Assembly (NCBI GenBank): GCA_026023565.1
Contig: JAPETS010000009.1
Location: 682,001-746,000, forward strand
Reading direction: 5' to 3'
DNA from: Cirrosporium novae-zelandiae
Taxonomy: Eukaryota
Length of the DNA: 64,000 nucleotides
Below are positions 39,452-51,494 of the stretch, one piece after another. The notes below the pieces were generated by a model. The model was given only the letters and a program-made list of their open reading frames with translations. It did no database searches and was not told the origin of the DNA. Every line of letters begins with the position of its first letter. Within the stretch, counting starts at the first letter, position 1. A program made the position numbers and the translations under genes.

Positions 39452-40558
39452 AGGAGGATGGTGGTATGGGTATCTTTTTCAATCGAAACAGGGATACATG
39501 ATTACTTTACAACTTGAGGGAGTCTGATCTGGTCTGATCTGGGAAATCAACCCATTAGAACTAAACTGTACGAGTACCTATTTATTTTTCTTTCTTTCGC
39601 GATATAGAATCTGGCTTGGCTTGGCTTGTACGTACAACTGTAACGACAAGGATGAATGAGGATTTTACCACCAAAGTAACTTTTTTTTTTTTTTTTGCTC
39701 GGGATCAAGGTCTAACCATCATCATCGGTAGGGCAAAATGAGTGAGCAACAAACATTGCTGCGTCTAGGTGCCTGTCTGGATGCTTGCTTGGGTGGCTAT
39801 CTATAGATATGGATATAGGTACATGCTCCTCCTAAGTCATGTCATGGGGAATGGTTATCCTAGCTAATTATATGGAATGATTTCCCGGGTTCGTATGTGT
39901 GGAATGCGAGATGTGGTAATGGGAATGGGGAAGGGGACTAATAATTAAATGCCTTGCTTGCTTGGGTTTCACAGAATACCACAGAAATAATGAATCTGTG
40001 GATAGATGGATGGATGGATGGATGGATGGATGGGGGAGTTTGTGATGTTGGGGGTATCTATCTGGAGAGGGGAGGAGAGAGGATCAAGTGTGTGCGCCCT
40101 GGTTTATTATTATTATTATTATTATTTTCTGTTGTCTATCTGTAAGTGGGTGGGTGGTGGATATGAGAATGGGAATAGCATCCCTGGGGTTACTGTTATT
40201 ATCTGGGACAAAAGAGAGAGAGGGCTTGGTTCCTGCTGAGCTGAACCCAAGCCAAGGTCAGGGAAAGGGAGGGAAGGGAGGGAATCAGTCTTGGGTATCG
40301 CATGTACTATGTACATGTACACACTTTTCAGCTGCTTTGGATGGAACCAATAAGAATGGTCATCTATATCTATCTTGTATGGATGGATGAGTTAGTCTAT
40401 CGAGGAAAGAAAGATGATGAGGAAGAGATAAGTAAAGCAGTTGATTTAATTTTATGGGTTGATATTATTTGACAGCTTTGGATGCCAAGGTATGTCTCCA
40501 GACCTTCTTCTTTTGGTGACAAGTTGTAACTACTAATTATTTTAATTAATTATTATCC

Positions 40559-40560
40559 TT

Positions 40561-40594
<34 letters not shown>
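40559..40594. repeat. (ATC)n microsatellite
   Basis: Perfect ATC run. Confidence 0.9.
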
Positions 40595-40595
<1 letters not shown>

Positions 40596-41771
40596 TAGAA
40601 GAAAAAAAAGGATAGGTAGATATCTGGGGAGACTTGTTTAGCGTTAGGTTGAGAAAGAAACAAGCGGCGGCGTTCCTTGAGATTATGATTCGGTACGTAC
40701 TGGGGGGCCGCTTAATAACTTTTGATTTCTTGATTTCAACTGATTCCAAACTGAATTGATTTGATTATCTTTGTGCATTTGGTGGCACAAGTACGAGCAC
40801 AAGCACGAGCACAAGCACAAGTAATTCACTAGCACAGGCACACAAAGCACAATCACAAAATCAAAATTCATCGAATCATCCTTTCACAATATTTACCGCA
40901 TTTTACTCAAACGAGGAAAGCTGTTTCGCTTTCCTTATCTTTTCCACCTTTTTTTTCTCTCCTCTAACACCTCAGATGGCTCCTTAGTTTCCAGTTAACC
41001 CTGTGATAAGTCCTCGATTCCTTCTTCCTTGGCTTGGTACTTGTACCTTGGTAAGGCTTGGGTAGGGAGGGGAGGTAATGAAGGGTAGTCCAATCCAGCA
41101 ATTCAACTTATCTTTTGCTGGGACCAAGATGAAGCAATAACAATAAACTAATCTTACTCTCTTTTCCTCTGTTTCTTTTCCTCTTTCTCTCCCTCTCTCT
41201 CTCTCCTTTCTCTTTCCTGGTATCTTTTATCTCTACTCTTTTTTTTATTTTCTTTCCTGACTATCGGAAAGTCTGGAATATACTCGAGTCAGCTTCCATG
41301 GTTCTTATACTTTTTTTAAAAAAAATTAAAATCATGGACCAAGTGGATCTTTTATGATTTCCCCAAGGAGTGTGGATCGATCAGTGGGACTGGATGACAC
41401 CGACAGATTGAACCCTTCAGTTCCCCAATTCCCCAATTCAGGGCCCCCGTTGAATCCGTTTAACCGGCACCATCCGGTGTGACATAACTGCCAGACCAAA
41501 CCTATTTACCCCGAGAAAACCCCCCCAATGGTCCAAGCTTCCATCTCATTGTCTTTGATTTCAACCATTATCCAAATCAATATTATTCAACATTTAGTTC
41601 AACATTCAGTTCAGCATACTTGAAAAAACAACAACAACAACAACTACTTCATCATAAAAAATTAAAAGAATGATCCTGTCATATCCTTTATATATATTAT
41701 TACAACCAAATAGTGAAAACCCTCCCGCTGACCCCTCTTCGGAGGCGGTCTAGCGATTGTGACTGACGTCT

Positions 41772-44062
41772 ATGGCACTATTACAACCACGACTTTATCA
41801 GAAAGAACCTCCAGACATTCAGAATGGTCTGGATAATAATCCAACATTGCTTGTTAGTTGGTGGTGTACCTGTTTTGCTCTCGTCATCATTCTTGTTCGT
41901 CTCTGTGGTCGTTATGTGAGAGTCGAGAGATGGTTTCGTGAAGACAAAGCCATGGCATTAAGCATTATCCCGTTGATGATTCGGATGGGATTTGTTCATG
42001 TGGTTCTGATATGGGGAACCAACAATACGAAGACGGAAGGGTTGTCCAACTTGGACATCCATCACCGTTCAATTGGCAGCAGGCTTGTTTTGGCTTCCAG
42101 GATTTCCTATGTTGCCTTGTGAGTTGCCTCGAAACTTCTTGATAATACAATTTGCTGAGGCTACATCTCAGTATCTGGATGGCCAAGTTTACCGTTTCCG
42201 AATTTCTCAAACGTCTGATGAGTGCTCAATGGAGAGAGTCTTATGAGAGGATCCTCGATTTCGTTCGGTATTTCTTGATTATCACCTTTATCGCTGTCTT
42301 TATCGCCACTTTATCCGAATGTCAACCATTTGATCACTACTGGCAGGTAGTTCCTGATCCAGGACCGAAATGTCGCCAGGGTTATGCTCAGCTCATCGCA
42401 ATGGGTGTTTGCGACATCATCACCGATGTTATTCTAGTCATCTTTCCAATCCCTATGGTGCTAGTCAGCAACATGAGATTAAAACGGTAAATTGTTCCAA
42501 AAGACTTTGGAAGTGCCTAACTAAGACTGGGTAGGAAAATATCATTGACGTTGCTGTTCTCCATGTCACTTTTCATGGTCGCAATAACTTCATACCGAGT
42601 CCCGAGTGTAATTAACCGTCATGGCGCTCAACAATATCGGACTCTCCTCGCCTCTTTGGAAATCCTTGCTGCAGCTGCAATTACCAACTCTATAGTCATC
42701 GGCTCTTTCATCCGTGACCGCGGTGTAAAGAAGCAGAAATTCAAGTACGGTTCCGTCTCTACCAAAAGCATGGATCGAGCAGGCACTCGCAGAAGCACCT
42801 TTACCTATCAAAGTTGGGGAAGCGACGCCGATCTAGTGGGTGGTCTTGGGATGCGTCTAGGTCCTGAATTCGAAACCCCCCACGGATCGGTTCCTCGTCC
42901 TGCTCCTGTTGCTCTTCCAGCCAGTTTCACGAGTGATGACGTTATGACTGGTGGAATAGATCCAAATTGGCAATTCCCGCCTAAATCGAACACTTCTACC
43001 CCTAGCTCCATCTCCTTCAAGGACCCAGCAGACCTCGAAGGTGATCCCAATGTTGTGGACATCCCCCTCCGCACACACAAACAACCATCCGGGTCCATCT
43101 CATCCGGCCCCACGATCGCCGCCGGAAAAATATCTTTTTTTGACGTTGGCGGTCTCCTGGACGCCACGACTCCGCCGCCATCAACACCCTCTCGCCGCAC
43201 ATCTTCTTCTGCATTCACGCAAACCATAACCAACGACTTTGCAAACGCCTCTCCCCGGACTCATCATCCGCATCGTAATAATAGCTGCCTCTCGCCCCAC
43301 GGTGGGCGCAACGAGGCGAGCAGCGAAACCCCATTAATGTCTCGGAGACATAGCTCTCCGACTCGCGCATTTGAACGAACTCGTCGATTGGACTCTTCTG
43401 CGGGTATTCCAGCCGCGGTAAGGGAATTGGACGAATCGCGCTCTCCCTCTCTACGACTTGGACCACCAAGCGGCGTTCCCACTCCTAGACTGAGGAGACA
43501 AGAAAGTGATATTAGTCTCCAGGATGCAGGAGGCCTATTAGGTCCGTCTCCTCGAACAATAGGAGCATCCTCATCCCCCAGAAGAAGGGAAAGTCGTTGG
43601 ACGAATCCACGCCGACCTGGTTTTCGCAGGGCGCTTCCTTCGGGCGTACCGACACCGCGGTTACAACGCCAGGAAAGCGAAATCAGCTTGCAGGATCCTG
43701 GTGGTCTCTTGGACCTTTCGGGAGCAGCACAGCAACATAATTCCCGGTCGGCGTTGCCACCAGGTACTGTGACTGGAGCCCAGGGTCCGCAGATTCAGTT
43801 GAGAGGAAGGGAAAGCGAAATCGGCCCGCATGATACCGGAGGTTTACCATCAATGCCCTCGGAAGTATCACCACCACTACCATCACCATCACCACTTCAG
43901 CGCTACCGATCCGTATCCCCCCCTTCCCCAACCACAACTACCGCACCTCGCCACCCAACTTACTATAATACCCCTCCTTCCCCAAGCACCCAGAGCCCCC
44001 ATATAAGAAGAAATGACAGCGACATCAGCTTACAAGATGTTGGTGGATTACTAGGACCCTAA
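41772..44062 (+). CDS. PTH11-like (fungal rhodopsin-domain) integral membrane protein without CFEM, long disordered C-tail (~729 aa, 3 exons)
   Basis: Introns 42119-42171 and 42487-42534; about 7 hydrophobic segments, ECQPFDHYWQVVPDPGPKC loop, DIITDVILVIFPIP motif. Confidence 0.82.
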
Positions 44063-45725
44063 ATAATCCTAAAGCTAATAACTAAAATGTATTTTTTGAA
44101 GCGGGTGGGAGTTTTTTTTTTTCTCCGATGGGATTGGAATGGGAATCAGAATTGGAACAACAGGACAATGGATGATGGATGATGGACGCCGAGGTTAGTA
44201 GTAAGGGTGGAGGGGGTGAAGGGGAGGTTAATTTAGGATATTACCCAGCCGTTATCAATGTTTGTTTGTATAGAAGAAGAAAGACCTCTTCTACTTTCTC
44301 CACACGAGAAATTGGAAATGGATATGGAATATGGACGACCCGGGGGCCGGAAGCGCGGGGGATGCACCGGATGGGATACCCTTTTTGATATATTTTCCTT
44401 TCTTTTTTCTTTCCTAGCTATGTACCTGTACCTGTACGAGCGTTTGCATGATATCCAAACATCTCATGTCCATGTCATGGTTTCCTGTCCAGCGAGCCCT
44501 ACCTAGGGAGAAATAGACCTCAGTTGCAAGTTCAAGTACAAACCCTCACTCACAACTCTCATTTACAATTCCAACTAACCCCCTCCCCCCTCCCCCAGTC
44601 ACGTTCCCAACCAATCAATCAAATCAACCAATACACACACACACATACGTAAGCACGGTGCGTAGCAATATAACAATGTACATTGGTTCTTTACTTACTT
44701 ATAAAAGATCCCCAATACTATACCAACCCTTCCCTTCCCTTCCCTTCCCTCATTCCTTCCATATATATATTCCCAAGATTCCCAAGATTTCCTTGAGCTT
44801 AAGCTTGAACACGAGCACGAGCACGAGCACGAGCACACCTTTGGATCTTAGGATTCAAGAACTCGAGTTGTCATGGGGGGAGGTATAAAGGGGCATAGGG
44901 CATGGGGTATGTATCTAGGTTAGAAGTATAGATTCAAAAAGTTGAATATGAATATGAATGATGAACTTTGAAGTCTCGTTTATTTGATTTATTTTATTGG
45001 GGGCTTTCTTTCTTTTGGAAAGATCTGAAATCGAAATTGTTTTCTGGTTGAGGGGTTGGTGATGGTGATTGGAATTGTGATTGTGATTATGATCGTCATG
45101 AGAGAGAGTTGTGGTTGTATGGTTCAGTGAGGTGTGTTTGCACAACTGAGCTTTCTTTGGCTGAAACTTGCAACTGAAACCTGTAACCTGAGGCTTACCA
45201 CGTTAATCAAATCCAAAACCACCTCACCTCACTCAACCCTCCTGAAATTTTACAGTAGCTCTCTACTCTTTTTTTTCTTTTTTACTCTACTTCTGACTTT
45301 AAAAATCTCCCAATCAAATTACAAGTCTAAAAAGCCAAAAAATTCAAGCAAAGTAAATCATGAGATTTTTGTTTCCCTTTCTTCCATGCTATATTAACAC
45401 AATATAAAACTCAAAACTCCCCGTTTATGGATATAAACTCTCTTTAAAAATATATATACATTTCGAAAAAACATTGCCCACACGAACAAAATGAAATAAC
45501 TCTTGAAAGACTGCTAGGGATTTTTTTCTTAGTCCCACTTTCCTTACTTTGCTTTCACACAATACACACGGAACCATGTGTTTTTTGTTGTTCAATCCTA
45601 AATCACATTTTCAAATCCTATTATTTAACAAGAAATGAAACGATTTTCGTCATCGAAGTTCCTTCCCCCCCCTTCCCCTTTCTTACATCATCCCATAACT
45701 TTTTATATCATTCCGATGTCTCGCT

Positions 45726-48700
45726 TTAAACATAGACATAAACAATCTCACACTCATCACCATCCTCATCGGTGTAGGTACCGGAGCCTGATCCCTCACT
45801 TGTAGAAGTAGAAGAGGAAGAGGTAGATCCAGTTGCGGCAGCCTCAGCAGCTGAAGAAACAGCAGATCCAGAGGCAGCAGTCTCAACAGCGGCAGCAGCA
45901 GAGGAAACAATAGAGCCCGAGACAACAGGAACCTTGACCATGGTGGTACCGACAGCAGCAACGGAGGTGGAGACCTGGGTTGCATCGGCAGGGCAGTTAG
46001 TGATGCTGCTAGCACACTTTGTAATTGTGACAAGGGAAGTTTCATAGACAGTGCTGGCAATGGAGGTATATGAGGTAACCTGCGCGGAAGCGGCGGCGGC
46101 GGCAGATGTGGCGGCAGTCTCAACAGCGGCAGCACCAGATGTTACAGCAACAGTCTCAACAGCAGCAGCGGCCGAAGAAACGGCAGCAGCAGCGGTAGAG
46201 ACGGCAACAGCTGAGGAGGTCACGACGGGAACACGGATGGCAGTTGTACCGACAGCGGCAACCGAGGTGGAGACCTGGGTTGCGTCGGCAGGGCAGTTGG
46301 TGATGCTGCTGGCACATTTTGTGACGGTTACGACAGATGTCTCGTAAATGGTGCTGATGGAGGTGCTGTAGGAGGTTACGGCCACATAGGAGGATGCAGC
46401 AACGGCAGCGGCGGTTGAGGTCACAGGGACGACGGTGGCAGCGGCGGAGGAGCCAGCGACTGCAGCTGCCGAGGAAGCTGCGGGGACGCTTGAGGTGCCG
46501 ACAGCAGCCTCAACGGAGGAAGCAACTGGGGCAGCTGAAGAAGCTACGGGGACGCTTGAGGTGCCGACAGCAGCTTCAACAGAGGAAGCAACTGGAGCAC
46601 TTGAACCGGCTGCTGCTGCGACAGAGGAAACGGCAGCGGCGGCAGATGGGGTAACGGTGACGTAGACAGCAACAGTGCTTACGGCCTGGACAGTGGTAGA
46701 AACAACCTCGACTTGGGAAGCAGCTGGGCAGTTGGTGACATCAGCAGCGCAAGATGTGATGGTGACAACAGAGGTCTCGTAGATGGTAGAAATCATCTTG
46801 GTAACGGTGGCAGATTGGGCAGCGGAGCTTCCAATGGCTTCAGCAGCGCTTGAGACAGCTGGGACGGCGGATTCAGATGGAACAGAGCCGGTGCCAGAAG
46901 GAGCGACACCAGTTGCGGCATAGCCAGATGGGACAAAGCCAGATTGAAGTGGGGAAGCTGAAGCTGCAACGGGAGCAGATGAGCCAACGGCTGCGACAGC
47001 GCTAGAGGCGGCAGGAACAGCAGATCCGGAGAATGGAATAGCAGCGCTGGAACCAACGGCGGCAGCAGCAGTTGAAGCACTTGCAGAAGCAACAGCGACA
47101 GCGGTGCTGACTGCAGAGACGGTGGCAGAGGCGTAGGGGCAATAATAAACGGTGCTATGGACATCGACGGTAACCACTTGCTCGGAGGCGGTATAGGTTC
47201 CAGGGGTGAAAGTAATGGCGGTGCTACCTGCTTGGAGAGTAGTTGCAACGGTCATAACTGTGGTGGAAGCAGCAAGGGTATAAGTTCCGGGGCTGGTTAA
47301 AGCAGTGGTAATGGCGGCAACAGCAACTTGAGATGAGACTGCAACAATGCTTGAGCCGGCAGCAACTGGGACGGAAGAGGTTCCGACAGCAGCAACGGCG
47401 GATGACACGGCTGGGACAGCAGAAGTTCCGACAGCAGCAACAGCAGATGATACAGCCGAGGAAGCTACAGCTACAGTGGTAGCGCTAACAGTTGCCGAGG
47501 CGTACGGGCAATAGTAGACAGTTGAAGTGACATCAACAGTGATGACCTGTTCAGATGCGGTATAAGTTCCGGCGGTGAATGTCAAGGTTGTGGATCCAGC
47601 TTCCAGGGTAGCGGCTTCGGTCAGAACAGCGGTGGTGGCAGCAATGGTGTAAACACCAGTTGAAGTCAAAGCAGTAGTCAATTGTTCTTGGTTGGCAGCA
47701 ACAGAAGAAGTGCCGACAGCAGCGAAAGATGAACCAGCAACTGGGGCAGAAGTTCCAACAGCGGCGAAAGATGATCCGGATGGAGCATATGAAACACCGG
47801 CGACACCTGAGGGAGAGACACCAGATGGGGAAGCACCGGATGGAGCATATCCAGAAGCTGAAACGGCATAAGAAACACCAGCTGAAGTTCCGATGGCAGC
47901 GACGGCTGAAGATAGAGGAGAAGCTGAAGCGGAAACGGCGGTAATAGCTGCAGATGAGGCGCTCACAGTTGCGCTGGCATATGGGCAGTAGTAAACTGTA
48001 GATGTAACATCGACAGTAACGACTTGTTCGGAGGCAGTATAAGTACCAGCAGAGAAGGTGAGGGTCGTGGATCCAGCTTCTAAAGTAGTAGCTTCAGTGA
48101 GGACTGCAGTGGTGGCAGCAATAGTGTAAACACCAGTTGATGTCAAAGCTGTGGTAAGAGCAGCGACTTGGCTATTGGCGACAACAGATGAAATACCAGC
48201 TGCAACAGATGAACCTGAGACAGGGGCAGAGGTGCCAACAGCAGCGACAGCAGAAGAACCAACGGGGGTGGTGCCAACGGCAGCAACAGCAGAAGAACCA
48301 GCAGCGGAAGTGGCAACAGCAGCAACAGCAGAGGAAACTGTGGCAGAAGCGTATGGGCAGTAGTAAACAGTCGATGTAACATCAACGGTAACAACTTGGG
48401 CAGAAGCAGTGTAGGTACCAGCAGTGAAAGTGAGAGTTGTAGATCCTGCTTCTAGGGTGGTAGCTTCAGTTAAAACAGCTGTAGTGGCGGCGATAGTATA
48501 AACACCAGTAGAGGTGAGGGCAGTTGTCAAGGCAGCGACTTCAGTGTTGGCAGCAACGGATGAAACACCAGCTGCAACAGATGAACCGGCGGCAGAGGTG
48601 CCAACAGCAGCAACAGCGGAAGAACCAGCAGCGGAAGTGGCAACAGCAGCAACAGCAGAGGAAACTGTGGCAGAAGCGTATGGGCAGTAGTAAACAGTCG

Positions 48701-51494
48701 ATGTAACATCAACGGTAACAACTTGAGCAGAAGCAGTATAAGTACCGGCAGAGAAAGTAAGGGTGGTAGAACCAGCCTCCAAGGTTGTAGCCTCGGTCAA
48801 GACGGCGGTTGTAGCTTCGATGGTATAGACACCAGCTGAGGTCAAAGCGGTTGTCAAAGCGGCGGCGGCAGAGCTTACAACAATTCCAGAGCTTGCAGCG
48901 GGGACAGAGCCAGTGCCAGAGGCACCGACACCATAAGCGCCAGTTCCATAAACAGCAGCAGATGCTGAGGATTGGCCAACAGCGGCAACAGAAGAACCAG
49001 CAGCGGAAGTGGCAACAGCAGCAACAGCAGAGGAAACTGTAGCGGAAGCATATGGGCAGTAGTAAACAGTGCTTGTTACGTCAACAGTCACGACCTGGGC
49101 GGAAGCAGTGTAGGTACCAGCAGAGAAGGTCAAAGTAGTGGATCCAGCTTCCAAAGTAGTAGCTTCAGTGAGGACAGCAGTAGTAGCAGCAATAGTGTAA
49201 ACACCAGCTGATGTGAGAGCGGTTGTCAAAGCAACATCGTTAGATCCAGTAGCAAAACTGCCACTAACACCAGCGGAGACACCACCGGAAACAGATGCGG
49301 ATGGGAAAGATCCACCTGTGGCGACACCTACGGAAACACCACCGGAAACAGCGGCTGAGGTTCCAAAGGCACCAACAACCGAAGAGACAGCAGCGGAGCC
49401 AGAGACACCTGCGGAATATCCAGCAACCGCAGAAGACTGTGCAGCAGCGGAGCCGACAGGTACAGAAACACCTGCGGAATATCCAGCAGCAGCAGAGGAC
49501 TGGGCTACGTAGGCAGAAGATTGACCAACGGCAGCAACAGCTGAGGAATAAGAAACGGCCTGAGCAGACGAGAAAGACTGGACATCGCTAACAGCAATTG
49601 AAACCATAGCAGTGGAAACAGCGACCAAAGAGGTTGCGACAACAGTGGATGCCGAGTTGGCTGGGCAGTTGGTGACATCAGCAGCGCAGCTGGTGACAGT
49701 GACAACGGTAGTATCATAGACGGTCGAGGCAACTTCAGTCATTGAAGCACCAGCGGCAGAGGATTGACCAACTTGGACAGCTGTGGAGGCAGCATATCCT
49801 TGGGATTGATAACCAGCTTGGGATTGAGCAGCAGAAGCAACACCAGCAGCAGATGATTGACCGAAGGCGGCGGCGGCTGAGGTGACGGCATATCCTTGAG
49901 ATTGGACAGCAGATGAAGCGACAACAGCAGCAGCGGACGATTGACCGAAAGCGGCGGCAGCCGAGGTAGCAGCGTATCCTTGGGATTGAGCACCACCTTG
50001 GGATTGAGCACCACCTTGGGATTGAGCACCACCTTGGGATTGGACTGCAGATGAAGCAACAACGGCGGCGGATTGGCCGAAGGCATCGGCAGCTGAAGAC
50101 TGGGCAACGGCTACCGCAGATGAAGCAGCATAGCCCTGGGCAGCGGAAGAAGCCTGGACAGCTTGAGCCGATGAGTGAGATTCGACTTCGCTGACAGCCA
50201 TGGAAACCATAGCAGTAGAAACAGCCGAGTAGGAAGTCTGGACCACAGCAGTGGCGGAATCTGCTGGGCAGTTTGTAACATCAGCGGCACAGCTAGTAAC
50301 GGTGACAACGCTAGACTCGTAGACGGTGGAGGCGACCTCGGTCATAGAAGCACCATCGACATCCCTCTCGGAGCTAGAGTTTGTGCTAGTAGTGGAGCTG
50401 GAGGCTGATGAGAGAGCAGCTTCAATACCGTAGTAAGCAGGCTTCTTGGCGAGGGAAGAATTCCATGGGCAGGCGTCACCGTATCCGGAGAAGGTATCGG
50501 GAACCCAAGAATATTCATCATCAAAGTCCCAGAGAGTGATACCGACACAGCCATCAACCTCCAGACAAGCGGAGACAACGGTGTTGTAATCGGTTTTTTG
50601 TTGAGCAAGCTTGCTAGAGGTGCTTGGCAGCTCCATCTTGATATCCAATTCGGTTTGAGCTACCTCGACGCCAAGAGCAGTGAAGCTCTCCATGGCCGAG
50701 ACCAAGTCGGTCTGGTCTGGAAGTTCACCGACAGTGAAATGATATTGAAGACCAACACCATCAATTTGGATTCCCCGGTTTTGGATGTCCTGGACCAGAG
50801 CGAGGGCGGCAGTGAGTTTGTCACCGGAATATTCGATGTTGTAATCATTGTAGTAGAGCTTGACACCAGATGGAGCGGCAGCGGCGGCAGCCTCAAAGGC
50901 AATGGGAATATAAGCTTCACCAATGTATTGGTACCAAACGGAGTCTCGGTAAGATCCGTCCGAGTCGAGAGCTTCGTTAACAACATCCCATGCATAACAG
51001 TCGGAACCGAAATGGTCGACGAGGTTGGTAATATGGTTCTTGAGAACAGCGGTAAGGGTTGCATTTGTCCAGGAGCCACTGGTAACCCATGATGGCAGTT
51101 GTTCGTGCCAGATTAGATTATGGCATCGCAGGAGTTGACCATTAGTAGAAGCAATTTCTTGCATAACAGAGGCATCGGAGTAATCGAATGTTCCTTGCGT
51201 GGGCTCGGTATATTCAAACTTGAATGCATGTTAGCAACGATTTACCTCGATAGAAGAGAATGGACAACGTACCTTCATGGCATTTCCCTCCGTCAGTTGT
51301 CCGAACATGGACGTGTCATTCAGAATGGTCATGTAGGCATCGTCACTGAGTTCGTCGGTTCCAGGTATATCGGCAGCAGTACCGAAATATGTGAGACCGG
51401 CGGATGTGGCGAGAGAATTGAGGCCTGAAGAGGCAGCGGCGGCCAGCGAGGCAGAGCCCACCAGGCCTAATAAGGCGGTTGAATGAGTGTGCAT
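45726..51494 (-). CDS. Secreted GH10 endo-1,4-beta-xylanase with giant repetitive Ser/Thr/Ala/Val tail (~1904 aa, 2 exons)
   Basis: Signal peptide [20 protein letters not shown]; intron 51272-51219 joins GNAMK|FEYTEP; GH10 motifs [14 protein letters not shown] (acid/base), [20 protein letters not shown] (nucleophile), GITLWDF..YSW; frame stays open for 5.4 kb. Confidence 0.93.
47117..49232 (-). repeat. Six copies of a ~67-aa (~200 nt) coding repeat inside the GH10 tail
   Basis: Consensus ALTTALTS(A/T)[27 protein letters not shown](S/T)AGTYTAS(A/E)[22 protein letters not shown] at about 49232-49035, 48860-48662, 48533-48333, 48161-47962, 47681-47484, 47313-47117. Confidence 0.95.
49978..50040 (-). 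repeat. 18-bp coding tandem repeat (SQGGAQ) about x3
   Basis: CCTTGGGATTGAGCACCA repeated in tandem on the + strand. Confidence 0.9.

Larger units (their letters stand above)
45988..50335 (-). repeat. Five dispersed copies of a ~25-aa Cys-pair coding repeat in the GH10 tail
   Basis: ST(V/I)Y(E/D)xx(V/L)VT(V/I)T(S/K)CA(ADV/SSI)TNCPA at about 50335-50260, 49735-49660, 46795-46725, 46360-46288, 46060-45988. Confidence 0.92.

Noticed and set aside
47117..49232. Regular repeats with variable spacers resembling a CRISPR array
   Set aside because: About 200-nt in-frame protein repeats in a eukaryotic gene, with no cas genes.
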